DNA from: Octopus sinensis
Lineage: Eukaryota
Assembly (NCBI RefSeq): GCF_006345805.1
Contig: NC_043003.1
Location: forward strand, 102,672,001-102,736,000
Direction of reading: 5' to 3'
DNA length: 64,000 nucleotides
Part shown: positions 50,401 through 63,299 of the stretch, in pieces
Layout of the letters: the number at the start of each line of letters is the position of its first letter
Numbering within the stretch: the first letter of the stretch is position 1
The notes under the pieces: model-generated
Database searches by the model: none
Seen by the model: the letters and a program-made list of their open reading frames with translations, nothing else
What the model was told of the DNA's origin: nothing
Position numbers and translations under genes: made by a program

Positions 50401-52775
50401 CTGCTGTTGCTGCTGCTGTTGCAAGTGTCCCTTGCAGGGTTAACTACCACTACAAATGTCATCAAATGTCACTACCATGGTTTCTGTCATACAACTACTT
50501 TTCTAAAGTGATTCCACCACCACCGCCGCCGCCGCCGCCGTTGCTGCTGCTGCTGCTGCTGCTGGTACAACTGTTAATACTAAGATTTCTATCATTTTTT
50601 CATAAGGCTCATGTAAGTGTTCCCAGGTAGTGCAGTGTCAAGCAGACAGCATAGCTGTTACCGCAAGATAGGTTATTAGTCAACCAAAGACAACGTAACC
50701 AGATGTGCGTCAGTATGTACCTCGTGCCTCTGCGTGTGTGTGTGTGTGTGAGCGTATGTGTGTGTGTTAGCGTGTTTATGTTCTGTGGTTGTTTGTACTT
50801 GTGTCTGTATTTGTGTACATGTGAGTGTCTGTGCGATTGCGTATGTATACCTGTGCATATGTGTATGTGTGCGTATATGTGTGTTCTTGTATTATTGTGC
50901 ATGTGTGTGAATTTGGGTATGTGCCCATATGTAAGTGTATTATGCATGTGTACTTGTGTATGTGTGTGACCATACATGTCCGTGTGTATGCGTATACTCT
51001 TTTACTCATTTACTTGTTTCAGTCATTTGACTGTGGCCATGCTGGAGCACTGCCTTTAGTCGAGCAAATCGACCCCAGGACTTATTCTTTGTAAGCCCAG
51101 TACTTATTCTATCGGTGTGACGGAGACGTAAACACACCAGCATCGGTTGTCAAGCAATGCTAGGGGGACAAACACAGACACACAAACATATATATATACA
51201 TATATACAACGGGCTTCTTTCAGTTTCCGTCTACCAAATCCACTCAGAAGGCTTTGGTTGGCCTGGGGCTATAGCAGAAGACACTTGCCCAAGATGCCAC
51301 GCAGTGGGACTGAACCCGGAACCATGTGGTTGGTAAGCAAGCTACTTACCACACAGCCACGTGAATATTTGTGTGTTCATGTGTATGATAAGTGTTTAAT
51401 TGTAGCCATGGATGGATCTGTCTGGCCCTTATTCACTGGATTGGGATTTTCCCTTAAGATGGTTTCTTCCCAATATTCTGGCACAGGTTATCTTTGAATC
51501 CACATCCTATCAGCTCCAGTTATCATTGTTACTTATCTCCCATTCAGTCCTGCCCCACCTAATAGATGATTACAGGCATCCAACTTTCATCACCCCAACT
51601 TTTTATATCTCTGGGGACCGTTTTGTTACATGTATCCTTCTTTACTGAAGACAATTATGTGTGAGTTGAGAGAGATTTGGCTGCGGTTTCTAGCATGTGA
51701 GATGACTGCATAGAGGTTTCTTCATTAAATCGGGGGCAAGGATATAGTTCTAGAGATTTGAAAATTTCCGGATGAAAGTCTGGATGAAATGTGGGGGATT
51801 AGGGGAGAGTGATACTGAATAAGATCCACAAAATGAAGAGGAATAATTGTGGTAAACGAGTTTGAATGGAGAAATATTCATTTTTTACTTGTTCAGAGGA
51901 GCAGAGACTGTTATAGTAGCAACAGAAGAAAAAAAGAAAAGATCATATTGTGTATAGACAGACTAGGAGTTGGGGGGAGCAGTTGAGTGATAAGAAATTA
52001 GTGGGGGTTTTTTTTCCATGGATTTAGCAAAAAGATTTATAAAACAAATGAAACGAAGATGAAATGGTGACACTTACCGTTTCAGCTGTTATCCACTGAA
52101 AGACCCAATGGTAAAATGAAGAAAGAGTGACCAAGCTAATGGCATCAGAGCAAATGCTCTGGCCAGCAGCTAGGTAGATAAAGGTCGCAGCATTGAGAAT
52201 GGTAACTGCCAACTCTTAGAAATATCTAGAAGAAAGAGGGAAGAAAATTTTAGAAAATATTTAAGATTTTGGTAGGAAAAATGAACTATTTTGTTTCCAA
52301 ATACAAAGAAATATTTTTTATTTTTTTCATAAAATGAGGATGAAATCAATCCCACTTTTGAACATAGAATGAGAAGAAAGATAAAAAGAACACTGCAAAG
52401 CATTTAATACTATCGAATTTCTACCAAACTATTAGACCAAAATATTACATCATTTTGTGGTTTAGTGATGGAGCTATTAGTTTTATTGTCTCTCTCTCTC
52501 TCTCTTTCTCTCTATCTCTATCTCTCCAAAGAAGGACAAATGTCTGAAATATAAAAACTTCTTTTCTTTAAAGCATAAAAAAATATTCCATTGTCTGAAA
52601 TATTCATATTATAGGCATCAGCTTAGCTATGTGGTTAAGAAGTTTTCTTTCTAACCACATGATTTTGAGTTCAATCTCACAGCATAGCACCTTGGGCAGA
52701 TGTGTTCTGCTAGAGCTCTGGACCAACCCAACCCTTGTGACTGGATTTAATAGATAGAAAGTGAAAGAAACCTAT

Positions 52776-52822
<47 letters not shown>

Positions 52823-53184
52823 TGTGTATGTGTTTCCTTGTCATGGCATCATATGATGGTTGTAAATATGAATCCCCATCATGCAAACAATGTTGTTCAT
52901 TGCCAATCCTCTGTAAAAGCATGATCAGCAATGAGGAAATATTACCTGGCTTACAAACAAGTGAGGGCTGGCAATGGAAAGAGCATCCAATTCTAGAAAA
53001 TCTACCTCCACAAATCCTGTCTGACCTGTGTGAGCATGAAAAAGTGAATGTTAGAATGATGATGTTTTCTGATGCAGAATATCAATTTCCTTGGATTCTA
53101 TTGTTATATTACCAGACCAAGAATCTTACAATATTCCATCACATTCATTTGCAATCTTTGACAGAATTTCATCAGATTCTCTAA

Positions 53185-53405
53185 TTCTTTAGCATTTAAA
53201 CTGACCACATCAGATCCAAATATTGTGCTTTGTTTTACATTCAAACCGTCTGGATTCAGCTGCACACACCTGTCTTACAATGCTATTTTATAAAGAAACA
53301 GTCACTTCATCAAAATCCTGAAGCTATGAGACAATGCTTAATTAATTCAAAGTAATACGAACCAGAAAGCATCACACTTGACAGAATAATCGAAATGCTA
53401 AAGGC
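53185..53405. mobile_element. piggyBac-type MITE, degenerate
   Basis: Ends T(C)TTTAGCATT...AATGCTAAAGG; interior homologous to 54499-54712. Confidence 0.55.
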
Positions 53406-53743
53406 TTCAGGTAGATACCAGTCAAAAGGGGATCATTTCTTGATTGTAAGTTTCCACAGCAAAAATGCATTCTTGTATCAATGTAAAGAATCTAGCTCAG
53501 TTCTTAACAAAGACTGACTGTATTTAGCATATGCAAAGAGTTACAGGGTGTAGAGTGGTGAGGCATAAGCACTAAATTTGGAAGATATTATGTGGTAGGA
53601 ATGGTGAAGTGTGATGAGTATGTGTTGTTAATCTGCATCAAATGTTGAGCCCATGGGATCTGAGACGGCAGCTTCATATCAAAGCTATAGTCTGAAGAGT
53701 GCAGAAAAGATTGACTGAGCTGATATTGGATGTGTGTGTGAGC

Positions 53744-53775
<32 letters not shown>

Positions 53776-54498
53776 GTGTGTGTGCACGCGTGAGCGTGTG
53801 CGTGTGTATGTGTGTGTGTATGTGTGTGTATGTGTGTGTATGTGTGTGTGTGTGTATGTGTGTGTGTATGTGTGTGTTTGTGTGTGTGTGTGTGTTTGAT
53901 GAAGAATTTTGTCAGGATAGGAAGGGCTACATGATCTTCACCAAAGCTCCATGATTGACAGGAAGAAGTTATCTTTAGACCAGAGAGCTGGAATAAATGT
54001 TTGCAACAGTGGAGACTCTGCTAAAGGCTTCCATGGACTAAATAGGAGTGTTAATCTGGATAGTGGACAGATTAAGCTTAACATCAAAACTGAGATATAC
54101 ATACATATATATATATCTATATAAACCTAGGACATCAGTTTATTTCATAAAATGATTCTGAAATAAACAAAGTACACAATTCTTTCTCAAAAGTTACTCC
54201 CTATTCTTTCCCCCAAACAACTCCTTATCCTGCCTCCAAGCTATCCCTTGTTTGTCCCAACTACTCACTATTCTTTCTCAATAAATACTCCCTATTCTTC
54301 ACTAATAATAATAACTACTCCCTATTCTTCTCTAACAATGCCTCCTTTATCCTCTCCCAAGATATTCAACAAAATGCCAGTGCTGGACTCAAACTCAAGA
54401 CCTATGAACTGCTAGTCTCTTGCAAACTGTAGCTTCATGTTTCACGCTAGGAATGTGAATGTTCTCATCACTGACCAGGAACACAAAAACACAATTAA

Positions 54499-54712
54499 CT
54501 CTTTAGCATGTAAACTGTCCATATCCGACCCAAAATATCCTACCTGTTTTATGTTAAAACTAACCGGATACAACCTCTTACACTTACTCAACAAAATCAT
54601 TCTAAAAACATACAAACACAGCATTGAAATCTTGAATCTACAAGATAATGCATGATTAGTTCAAAACAATGGGAATAAAGAAGCAATACAGAGAAATCTG
54701 AATGCTAAAGGG
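54499..54712. mobile_element. piggyBac-type MITE
   Basis: TTAA-CTCTTTAGCATG...AATGCTAAAGGG-TAAA: CCC-like termini with a TTAA-type TSD. Confidence 0.65.
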
Positions 54713-54919
54713 TAAAATGAACCTTTGAGAATATAAGAGTGATGTACTACATGTTGTATAGAACGAAATTAATTAATTTCCCATCTAGTTGGATAAAAAA
54801 ACAAAATCCTAGCATTAATTGTTGACATTTTCAAAGGAAAGGTAGACAATTTTTTGAAAATTACTAATATTATAAAATTAGGAAAAGGAAAATCTAATTT
54901 TTCCAGGTTATAGAATATA

Positions 54920-55485
54920 TTGGGTTGTCCGGAAAGTTCGTGCCGATTTATAGTAGCTTACCTTTCGACTTATTTTAGAACATGGTTGAGTCCATAAAGT
55001 AGGATTTGACTACACCTCCATTTAGAGCACAGTTTAAGCTATCTTTTCGAGGAAGAAGATTTATATTCCTATAACCTGTGTTAATTTTGTAACCCTTTAA
55101 AATGGAAGATAAGAAAGTTCATCTTTGGCACTTTATGCTTTGGGAACCAGACAAAAATTGCTGCAGCTCTGCTGGGATGTGCTACCCCACCCTCTATATT
55201 CCCCAGATATTGCTCCTTCGGACTTCCACTTATTCAGGTCTCTGCAGAATAATCTTAATGGTAAAAATTTCAATTCCTTGGATGACCTAAAAAGATACCT
55301 TGATGAATTCTTTGCCATGAAACCACCTCAATTCAGGGAAGCGGGTATTTTTAAGTTAAAGGAAAGATGGAGACGCATTGTGCAACAAAATGGTTCATAT
55401 TTGGTTGATTAAAAATGTGATGGCAACTATTTATTGACCTTTTTCCTTCCTTTAAAAATCGGCATGAACTTTCCAGACAACCCAA
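54920..55485 (+). mobile_element. Internally deleted mariner element
   Basis: ~30-bp TIRs TTGGGTTGTCCGGAAAGTTCGTGCCGATTT with TA on both sides; ORF 55125-55412 has WDVLPHPLYSPDIAPSDFHLF...KLKERW. Confidence 0.92.
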
Positions 55486-55601
55486 TACTTTAATTGCCTA
55501 TTTACTTGGTTATGTCATTTTTAATCCTTATATATATTTCACCAGTTATGTACTCCATGCTTTTTATATATAACACACACACACATACACACACACATAC
55601 G

Positions 55602-55646
<45 letters not shown>

Positions 55647-55842
55647 ACACACACACACTCACACACACGCATGCAGAAACATATAAATGAGTATAAGTAA
55701 TTATTTTGGACTTGGGTATACACCTGGTAGTATGCTGATTAAAGCACATTCACTGTCTTTGGCTACCTGATGTCATCAACAGGTTGGATAGAAGTGCCAC
55801 TGGATTACTTCAGGAATTCCTTCATATCTGTCAGGTATATAA

Positions 55843-56091
55843 CAAATGAGAGAATGAGAAAGAAAATGGAATTCACAAGATTCTTTATTAATCACAATGA
55901 TCATTTTGACCCATTTTGCATCAGGTGAGTGAGGTACCATTTGAAAAAGCTGACGAGACACATCTGCTCTGAGGGATGCACCACAACCAGCTGTCGAAAA
56001 TCTCACAGGCGAGAGACTAATGCAAGGTGGGCTGAAACAATTGTAATTAATAAAGAATCTTGTGAATTCCATTTTCTCTTTCTCTCATTTG
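55843..56091. mobile_element. ~250-bp foldback/MITE-like element with ~52-bp inverted arms
   Basis: CAAATGAGAG..AAAATGGAATTCACAAGATTCTTTATTAAT(C/T)ACAAT and its reverse complement at about 56040-56091; no TSD recognised. Confidence 0.55.
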
Positions 56092-56190
56092 CTTGAATAT
56101 ATATGTATATATATATACATATATATATTTTTAGTATGTGACCTCGTCTGTATCACTAGCAATTTTTTCCCCTGTCTTCCCTTCTCCTAT

Positions 56191-56225
56191 GTTTCCGACG
56201 AAGAGCTCATCTCGAAACGTCAAAC
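56191..56225 (+). ncRNA. Minimal type I hammerhead motif, family a (core CCGACGA, GUC site)
   Basis: GUUU-CCGACGA-A-GAG-CUCAU-CUC-GAAACGUC-AAAC; flanks match the 6007-6210 element and run into (TA)n. Confidence 0.7.
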
Positions 56226-56339
56226 CCTCCTTCTTCCCTTCTTTCCTGAGCGTCCAAAAACACTTTATTTGTTCCACGTCCTTGCGTTGTTGTTTTTTTG
56301 TTTTTGTTTTCTTGTTTGGATTAACTTTATATATATATA

Positions 56340-56401
<62 letters not shown>

Positions 56402-56620
56402 GTCAGAATTATGCAAAAGTAAAAAGACACAAGACAGAGACAGGTGAAGTAACAATAAACGAGATGTATTAGTTTGAGCCTCAGGAAAAATGGAAGTCGT
56501 TGCTGTTTCAATCCTAAACTGTTCTACAAAAACAAATGAGGAAAGAAAACAGATTGCGAGAAAGAAAATAAATTGTGTCTGAATTCATGGTTGCACAGTG
56601 TGTGTATATATATATATATA

Positions 56621-57222
56621 CAGGGGTTTGACAAAATAATGGAAACACCTAGCATCATAGCATTATAATTTTGAAATATCTATAAAACCGTCAAAAGCTT
56701 GTTTATTTTTATGTTTTTTGATTTATTATTAGTGTTCCTTAATATGTTTTGCTAAAATTGCTGGTTATTTTCAGATATCATCAGAAATGTTTGGTGTATT
56801 AAGAAGTCCTGTCTCGAAAGTAATGACAGCCTTTGAGAAAGAGGGAAAAACCTTCTCCTCGAAACAAAACTCCGGAAGAAAACCAAATCTTTCAGATATG
56901 GACCATCAGACTCTTACGTGAATTGTTAGGAAGGATCACAAAAGTACGGCTCCCAAAATTACTGCAGAGCTTAATGACCACCTCGAGAACCCAGTTTCTA
57001 TAAAAACTGTTCGCTGGGAGCTGCACAATGCCAGATTTCACGGGAAGGCTGCAATCAGAAAACCACTACTTTCAAAAACAAACGTTGCAAAGCGTTTAGA
57101 GTGGATTAAAACCTACAGAATTGGTCCCTAGAGCAGTGGAAGAATGTTATTTTCTCGGACGAGTCATCCTTTAGCTTATTTCAGACCATCGGCCGAGTAT
57201 ACGCGTGGAGACAGCCAAAAGA
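56621..57222 (+). mobile_element. Tc1-family transposon, 5' half
   Basis: TA-CAGGGGTTTGACAAAATAATGGAAACACC terminus; NSGRKP..S, VSIKTVR..LH, AIRKPLLSK...KRLEW, WKNVIFSDESSF; truncated near a (TA)n tract. Confidence 0.9.
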
Positions 57223-57284
57223 TGTATAGTTACATACATATAGAGGCATATATAAATAAATAAATATATATATATATATATTAT

Positions 57285-57318
<34 letters not shown>

Positions 57319-57324
57319 ATATAT

Positions 57325-57379
<55 letters not shown>

Positions 57380-57635
57380 AAGGCATAAATACATATATAT
57401 AAATAACGATATATACACACATATACACATGGGCGCGCATAAAAATCTTTTGGTATATATATATATAGAAAAAGAAAAATGTAGCAGCTAGCGAAAGAAA
57501 GAGGGAAGTAAACGCATTGTTTAAGGACGCTATCAAATTAACGAATAGGGAGAGTAAGGATACTTTGCGTAAGGAAAGAAAAAGAAAGAGGGATAGGTAA
57601 CGGAATATGTGTAACAAACGTACACATGAAATAAA

Positions 57636-57695
<60 letters not shown>

Positions 57696-58072
57696 AGTAT
57701 ATATTAGCATATAAATACACATATAAGATCACACATAAATATATGGAAATATGCACGTAAATACATATCCCTTTTAAATGTTAGTGTTTTGCTGTCTGCC
57801 TTGAAGCAGACCTTTCCGTTGTCACTGCCTGATATTTATGATTGATCTTTCTAAATATATTTCTTTCTCAATTTACTCAAGATCTTTTGTTGTTTATAAA
57901 TGGGAGAGAGATAGATAGAGAAAGATAGAGAGTAAGAGAAAGCGAGGGAGAGTCCGAGAGAAAGGAAGAGTAAGAGAGTGGGAAAGTGAGAGAGAAAGTG
58001 AGAGAGAAACAAAGAGGGAGAATGCGGTGATAAAAATCAGAAAGGAAGCAACAGAAAGTAACAATCACACTC

Positions 58073-58106
58073 TTACCCGCGCGTAGAGCGGGTCACCTTA
58101 AGCTAG
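58073..58106 (+). mobile_element. Helitron-like 3' terminus
   Basis: Hairpin ACCCGC-GCGTAGA-GCGGGT followed after about 9 nt by CTAG|T, exactly where the adjacent Naiad fragment breaks off. Confidence 0.55.
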
Positions 58107-58734
58107 TATCTAAAATATATTTACTAATAATACCTATTTCAGTTTTAGCCGGATTAATCAATCTACATTTAAGGTTTCTATTAAAGTTAGCTTTATGGGC
58201 TTTTCGGGTAATAAAAGGGGGGGGGGGATATTCTATCATATCGTTAATTTTAAGATTGTTAGCTATTCTTCTTGCCTCCAAATTCACCTCTTTGTATAAA
58301 TTTTTTGTTATCTTTTTTGCATGTATCTGTGATGCTATTCGAAATTAGACGCTTGCAAACGTCCTTATCAACCGCATATAAGTTTTTTGTCCTATCAGAG
58401 TTAACGAAAATCCTATTCGAGTTGTTTATTTCTCTAATTTATTCCTTCACATCTCTCTCTAGTTGGTTATTGTATTTACGGAATCTAATTTTTCCAATGA
58501 GTTCGAAAAGGTCTTTTTCGAAAGTTTCTAATTCCGGAATAGATGGTGGATTCCTGGAAGATTTAAATCCATATTTGTTTCCGTTAGTTTTCTGTTTAGT
58601 ATCAAAGAAGAAGGCTTTCCATCTCAATCTTCGAATAAACTCTTCCGTTTTTTTCTATAAGACTTTTGAGATATTGTTTCTATGTAGGGATAGGTATATT
58701 TTTTTAGAGAAAAATCTAATGGGTAAAGTTCCAT
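58107..58734 (-). mobile_element. Naiad-like Penelope element, N-terminal ORF region
   Basis: From ATG 58734: LDFSLKNI...EEFIRRLRWKAFFF...YGFKS...ELETFEKDL..LI..I.FR..N...SDRTKNLY...FITRKAHKANF...KCRLINPAKTEIGIISKYILD; stops and frameshifts are present. Confidence 0.85.
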
Positions 58735-59279
58735 TTTTTTCAGCTGTTTCTCCTTCCTACTTGTGTAGAGTCGCTCGAACTTTCTAAAAAAGGAGAGGGT
58801 TACGCTGGAGTAAGCACATAAATGTGAAACAAGGTGGAAAAAAGAGTACTCAAATACCAGAGGTAGAGTAATATGCTTTATTTAAAAGCAGCAGAAATAT
58901 ACAGAGAGGGCGAGAAAGAGAGAGAGGTATTCATTTCTCAAATACAATCATTAGAATTTAATTGTTTAAGAGATTTTCCAAGTTGAAACCCAAAGCTACA
59001 GAGTATCTGTTCTTGGACATTGACGTTGTCAAAACTGCCTGCGAGGCAAGTGAACTTAATCAACGAGGAGTGGATTGGTCTAAGAATTTCTGACAAATCA
59101 TCTCCCCCATGGAAGAACACAAGAGTTTCTATATACACCGCAAACTGTCAACTCTAACGCTCCTCGCAGACATGAAAGACAACAACAAATACATTTGAAA
59201 CAACGCCGACAACGATAACAACAGCAACAAAACAACAGCAATAACGAAGTGAACGACAATCACTCCGGTGATGACGACC

Positions 59280-59300
59280 ACCGTCACCTCAACAACAACA

Positions 59301-59331
<31 letters not shown>

Positions 59332-59600
59332 TTACTACTACTTCTACTACTACTACTACTACTTCGACGGCGACAGTAGGAGCACAAGAGCGATAAAGAC
59401 GAAAACGACAACAATAATAACCACGGGCATAAGAGTGATGATCGCAACATCCACAGTGACAACCAACAACAACAACAACAACAACAACAACGATAACGAC
59501 GAAGAGGACAATGACATCAACAATGATAACAACAACAATAATGACGATAAGCACGAACTACAACTAAGGCAACAACAATGACAACAACAAGAACACATTG
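59280..59600. repeat. Compound (CTA)n/(CAA)n/(GAC)n triplet region
   Basis: Seen directly. Confidence 0.9.
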
Positions 59601-60403
59601 TTGCCATAGAGAGACGTTTGAATGTTGCCAAATCTTCTTAATAGGCCATCCCTCACATAGAATACAGATTCGGAAAAGGAGATGAAAGTCCTTGAAGCAG
59701 CGCTGGAAATGTTCCTAGGAAGAAATAAATAACAAATTTTAAATAAAAAAAAGTTTAACTCTGGGTTGCAACATGAACTAATACTCCTAAGTCTTTGGTC
59801 CGCTCAGTGCCAATGTAGCTGACGTACGAACGATCCTTCCAGAGTTCGGCATCAATTCAAAATTCAAAGCGAAACTGCCTTCTCTTAGACAAGGACTGTT
59901 TTTTTCGCAGCATTCCCATGACTCTCTGTCACCATCCAATTCCATTATTGTGAATTTGAATTGGAAGTTCGAGTCCTTGTGAATCTTTCTTCACCTGATT
60001 ACACAAGTGTGGACGCCACCCCTAAGGATGCGTTGCAGTCACCCACTTGACAGAGCTCACTGATCCTGACCATTGATCTTCTAGGATTCCTCTGCTCAAC
60101 ATCAATGAAAGAGGCACCATTGGCTCACTTGTGCTCTTCCACTACCTCTTCCCAATCTGCCATGCACAATCACCTAGCAGGGTGGCTGAAAGGGTGCTAT
60201 GCCATGTCAAAGGGCAACCCGTAACTATGCAGGGAACGGTCGTCACTCCGCGTTGTATTTTCAAATACCCGATTACTCATAAGGAATATTAAATATTCAA
60301 ATACATTCCCCCAGCAATGAAACGCACATTGTGGCGATAGATCTGCGTCGTTGGACGACGAGGATTTAGATGTTCGATAAAGTGAGTACCTTACTCCTTG
60401 AAT

Positions 60404-60444
<41 letters not shown>

Positions 60445-60699
60445 AGTGTGTGTGTGTGGTGTGTGTGTGTGTGTGTGTGGTGTGTGATACAAGGCTGAAG
60501 CTTTGAATTACAGGTACAATCCAGCCGACGGGCTTCTATGCAGTTTCCGTCTACCCAATTTCACTCAAGATATGTGTCAACCAAAGGCTACAGAAAATGG
60601 CATTTACTCAACACGACACGTCGTGAGTTCAAACCCCGGATTTCATGCTCCTGAATCGATCTTCTGAACCATTCAGCCACATACAAAGAGATGCAGAGA

Positions 60700-62090
60700 T
60701 AGTCGATAGAAATCGCAGAGAATCCTTTCAGAAAGATTCATTCTACAGAAAAACCTCCAATGAAAAGTTTAATGAGGATGCGGTGTGGCTTGAGAAAAAA
60801 ACCCAAGAGGAATATTTCTCCGTATTTCATCAAAGCTGTATTAATGGTGATATTCTGAAGACTGTGAAAGTTAAACTTCAGGGTAAGAAAGCAGCAGAAG
60901 GAGATTTGATTGACAGCTCTGTTGTATAAATATTGTAAGCTCTTCTATTGGAGGAGTTTATCAATTTTTACAAGTAAGCTATTAGTGTGGATATAATTTT
61001 ACTAAACTAACTGGTATTGAGAGAGACATGTCTCGGGTACCAAAGGGCAAGAACCTCAAAGAAACTACCGACCAATTGCAAAACGAGCAAAAGCTACAAG
61101 CCAGCCTAGTAATATAGCATCTTTACCAATGACCTATTTCTCTGATATCCGCCGAGGAATGTTACAGGTACCTAAAGATTGAAGAAATATATCCTACGTT
61201 GGTACTTGTAACAAAGAACAGGTAACAAGGGAAAACTGCACCCAGATACAAGGAAATCGTAATGCCTAGGACTCTCTCTGTAAATCGTGATGTGTTTACT
61301 AGATCAGTACACATAGCAAGATTTGGTTTTGCGATTGGATGCTGGATGAAATCCGAACTCTTGATGATAAACTCGAAAAATAATAACTACCATTAGGAAT
61401 TTGCAGATCAGTCGTGGCATTTGACCATATCTATCTAAAACAAAACAAGGAGACAGAGTTTTAACATCGATTCAAACAGTCTTTAAGTGCCTCATCGTAT
61501 CTCTTCGACATCTGCTAATTATCGCTTATCGAAATGCATTTATGGACCAAGTTAACATTTATGAAGCAAATAGCACGTTGAGAGTTGGAAAAGAAGTTCT
61601 GCGGGGTATGCCACCTTGATTCATTACCAGAGCCATAGACCCAAGGAAGTCGCATGGCTTTGCCGCCATGGAACATTCGAACGTCTGGACCAACAATTCC
61701 AAACTGACAATAACATGGCTAACTGGAGTAACTTCTTGGATCAAGTACCGTCACCGGTAGAAAATGAAGCATGGCTAGGTTACATGAAAAATTTCCAAGT
61801 GACAAGAACATGGATAAATGGAGTGGTCCGTTATAACAGGTCGCACTTTGAAGTGTTTGCTTTTGCAATCCATGAACAGGAAATGACGACTAAATACCTG
61901 ATATATAAAAAGAACAAGAATTCACGTAAAATACTTATACATGACAAGCGATGCAAATTTTGTAGATTTAGGTGATGTGAATCACATCATAAGTAGCCGT
62001 CATCACAGTACAATGTGACAACGAAGCATCATTAAGAAACCCAAACACTAAAACAATGCAATTTATAGAAAGGATAATCTTGAAGATCAA
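60700..62090 (+). mobile_element. Decayed R4/Dong-like LINE (RT to CCHC knuckle)
   Basis: FNEDAVWL..., NYRPIA, FMDQVNIY (FMDDLKLY-like), HGTF, FAIHEQEMTTK and DKRCKFC...NHIISS across frameshifts. Confidence 0.7.
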
Positions 62091-62128
62091 AATTCAAGGA
62101 GTTACAGTGATGTAGAGGGAATACTCAC

Positions 62129-62940
62129 CCATAATAAGAAAGTCCGCAGAGTGAAGCCGCTTGGCAAAGATTGACTTTGTTTCTGCTGTGCATGCGCACT
62201 AAGTTTTAACATCTGCTGTTAATCGCAGTGCTTGAAAAAAACGTGTGTTGCATGTGTTCGTCACATTGACCATAATAGAGAAAGTTTTCATGGTGATACC
62301 TCCTCAGAGTCCAACGCAAAGTTGCAGAAAGTGTATGTAGAGGAGTGTATTAGCCGCACACAAGTGTACGAGTGGTTCAGACGTTTCCAAGATGGCCGAA
62401 AAAATGTCGATCGCGACGAACGCTCTGTGAGACCCGCAACCAGCAGAAATGAGAAAAATATCGCAGATGTGCGTGCAGCTGTGAGGAGAAATCGTCGAAT
62501 CATCATCCGTGAGTTACCAGAGAATGTGCAGATTAGTTACGGTTCAGTTCAGTCCATTATCACTGACGTTTTGGATATGAGATGCGTGTCTGTCAAGTTT
62601 GTGCCAAAACTGCTTTCAGCTGACCAAAAAGACACTCGGGTTTCAGTTGCACAAGATCTCGTTGATTGTATCGAGAACGATGAAAACTTTTTGAAAACTT
62701 TGCGTAGGCCTCTGAGCAGGTATAGCCAAGCTTTTGGCAAAATTAGATGCAAATTGACTGCTCATCTTTCACTGTCATGGTCAACATGATGATCACACAC
62801 TACACACGTTCCTTCCAAGAACTGCTGTAAACAGTAGAAGAGAGCTAGAATATTAAAACTTAGTGCGCATGCACAGCAGAGTACACGGTCAATCTGGTCC
62901 AAGCGGCTTCATTTTGCGTGCTTTAGCTTCATTACTATGA
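62129..62940 (+). mobile_element. Mariner-derived element with ~90-bp inverted terminal arms and an N-terminal transposase fragment
   Basis: TGAAGCCGCTTGG..AGATTGAC..TCTGCTGTGCATGCGCACTAAGTTTTAA mirrored at 62858-62940; ORF 62232-62789 has SRTQVYEWFRRFQDGR..V..DERS.RP...KFVPKLLS.DQK; the catalytic domain is absent. Confidence 0.8.
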
Positions 62941-62967
62941 CAACAATGGATCAGACCACGAATATAT

Positions 62968-63234
62968 AAAGTAAAGGTAAAGACCCCCTTCGGTCATGAA
63001 TGACCATGGGATTGCACCTAGAAAGTTACCCTCCTAGACACAAGTCCGGGCAAGGTTGTTTATGGAAGACCAGCAGTCGCCCATGCATACCAGCCTCCCC
63101 TCTCCACGCCACTGGTGTTATCCAAGGGAAAGACAAAGGTCGATACAGCTTGGCACCAGTGACGTCGCAACTCATTTCTACAGCTGAGTGAACTGGAGCA
63201 ACGTGAAATAAAGTGCCTTGCTCAAGAACACAAC

Positions 63235-63235
<1 letters not shown>
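62968..63235 (-). mobile_element. SINE-like family D with a (TTTACC)-type tail, head lost at (TA)n
   Basis: The plus strand begins TAAAGGTAAAGACCCC and ends GTGCCTTGCTCAAGAACACAAC (reverse-complement CORE-like). Confidence 0.55.
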
Positions 63236-63291
<56 letters not shown>

Positions 63292-63299
63292 AAATTAAA

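Noticed and set aside
58938-59138. 66-aa ORF and nearby splice-like signals as a host exon; likewise 45899-46189 and 48040-48900
   Set aside because: No recognisable protein family, no consistent splice pair and no neighbouring exons in frame.
59780-60290. GC-richer segment that might be a LINE 5' UTR with an HDV-like ribozyme
   Set aside because: I could build partial P1/P1.1/P4 pairings on the minus strand but not P2 or P3; the element family is unassigned.
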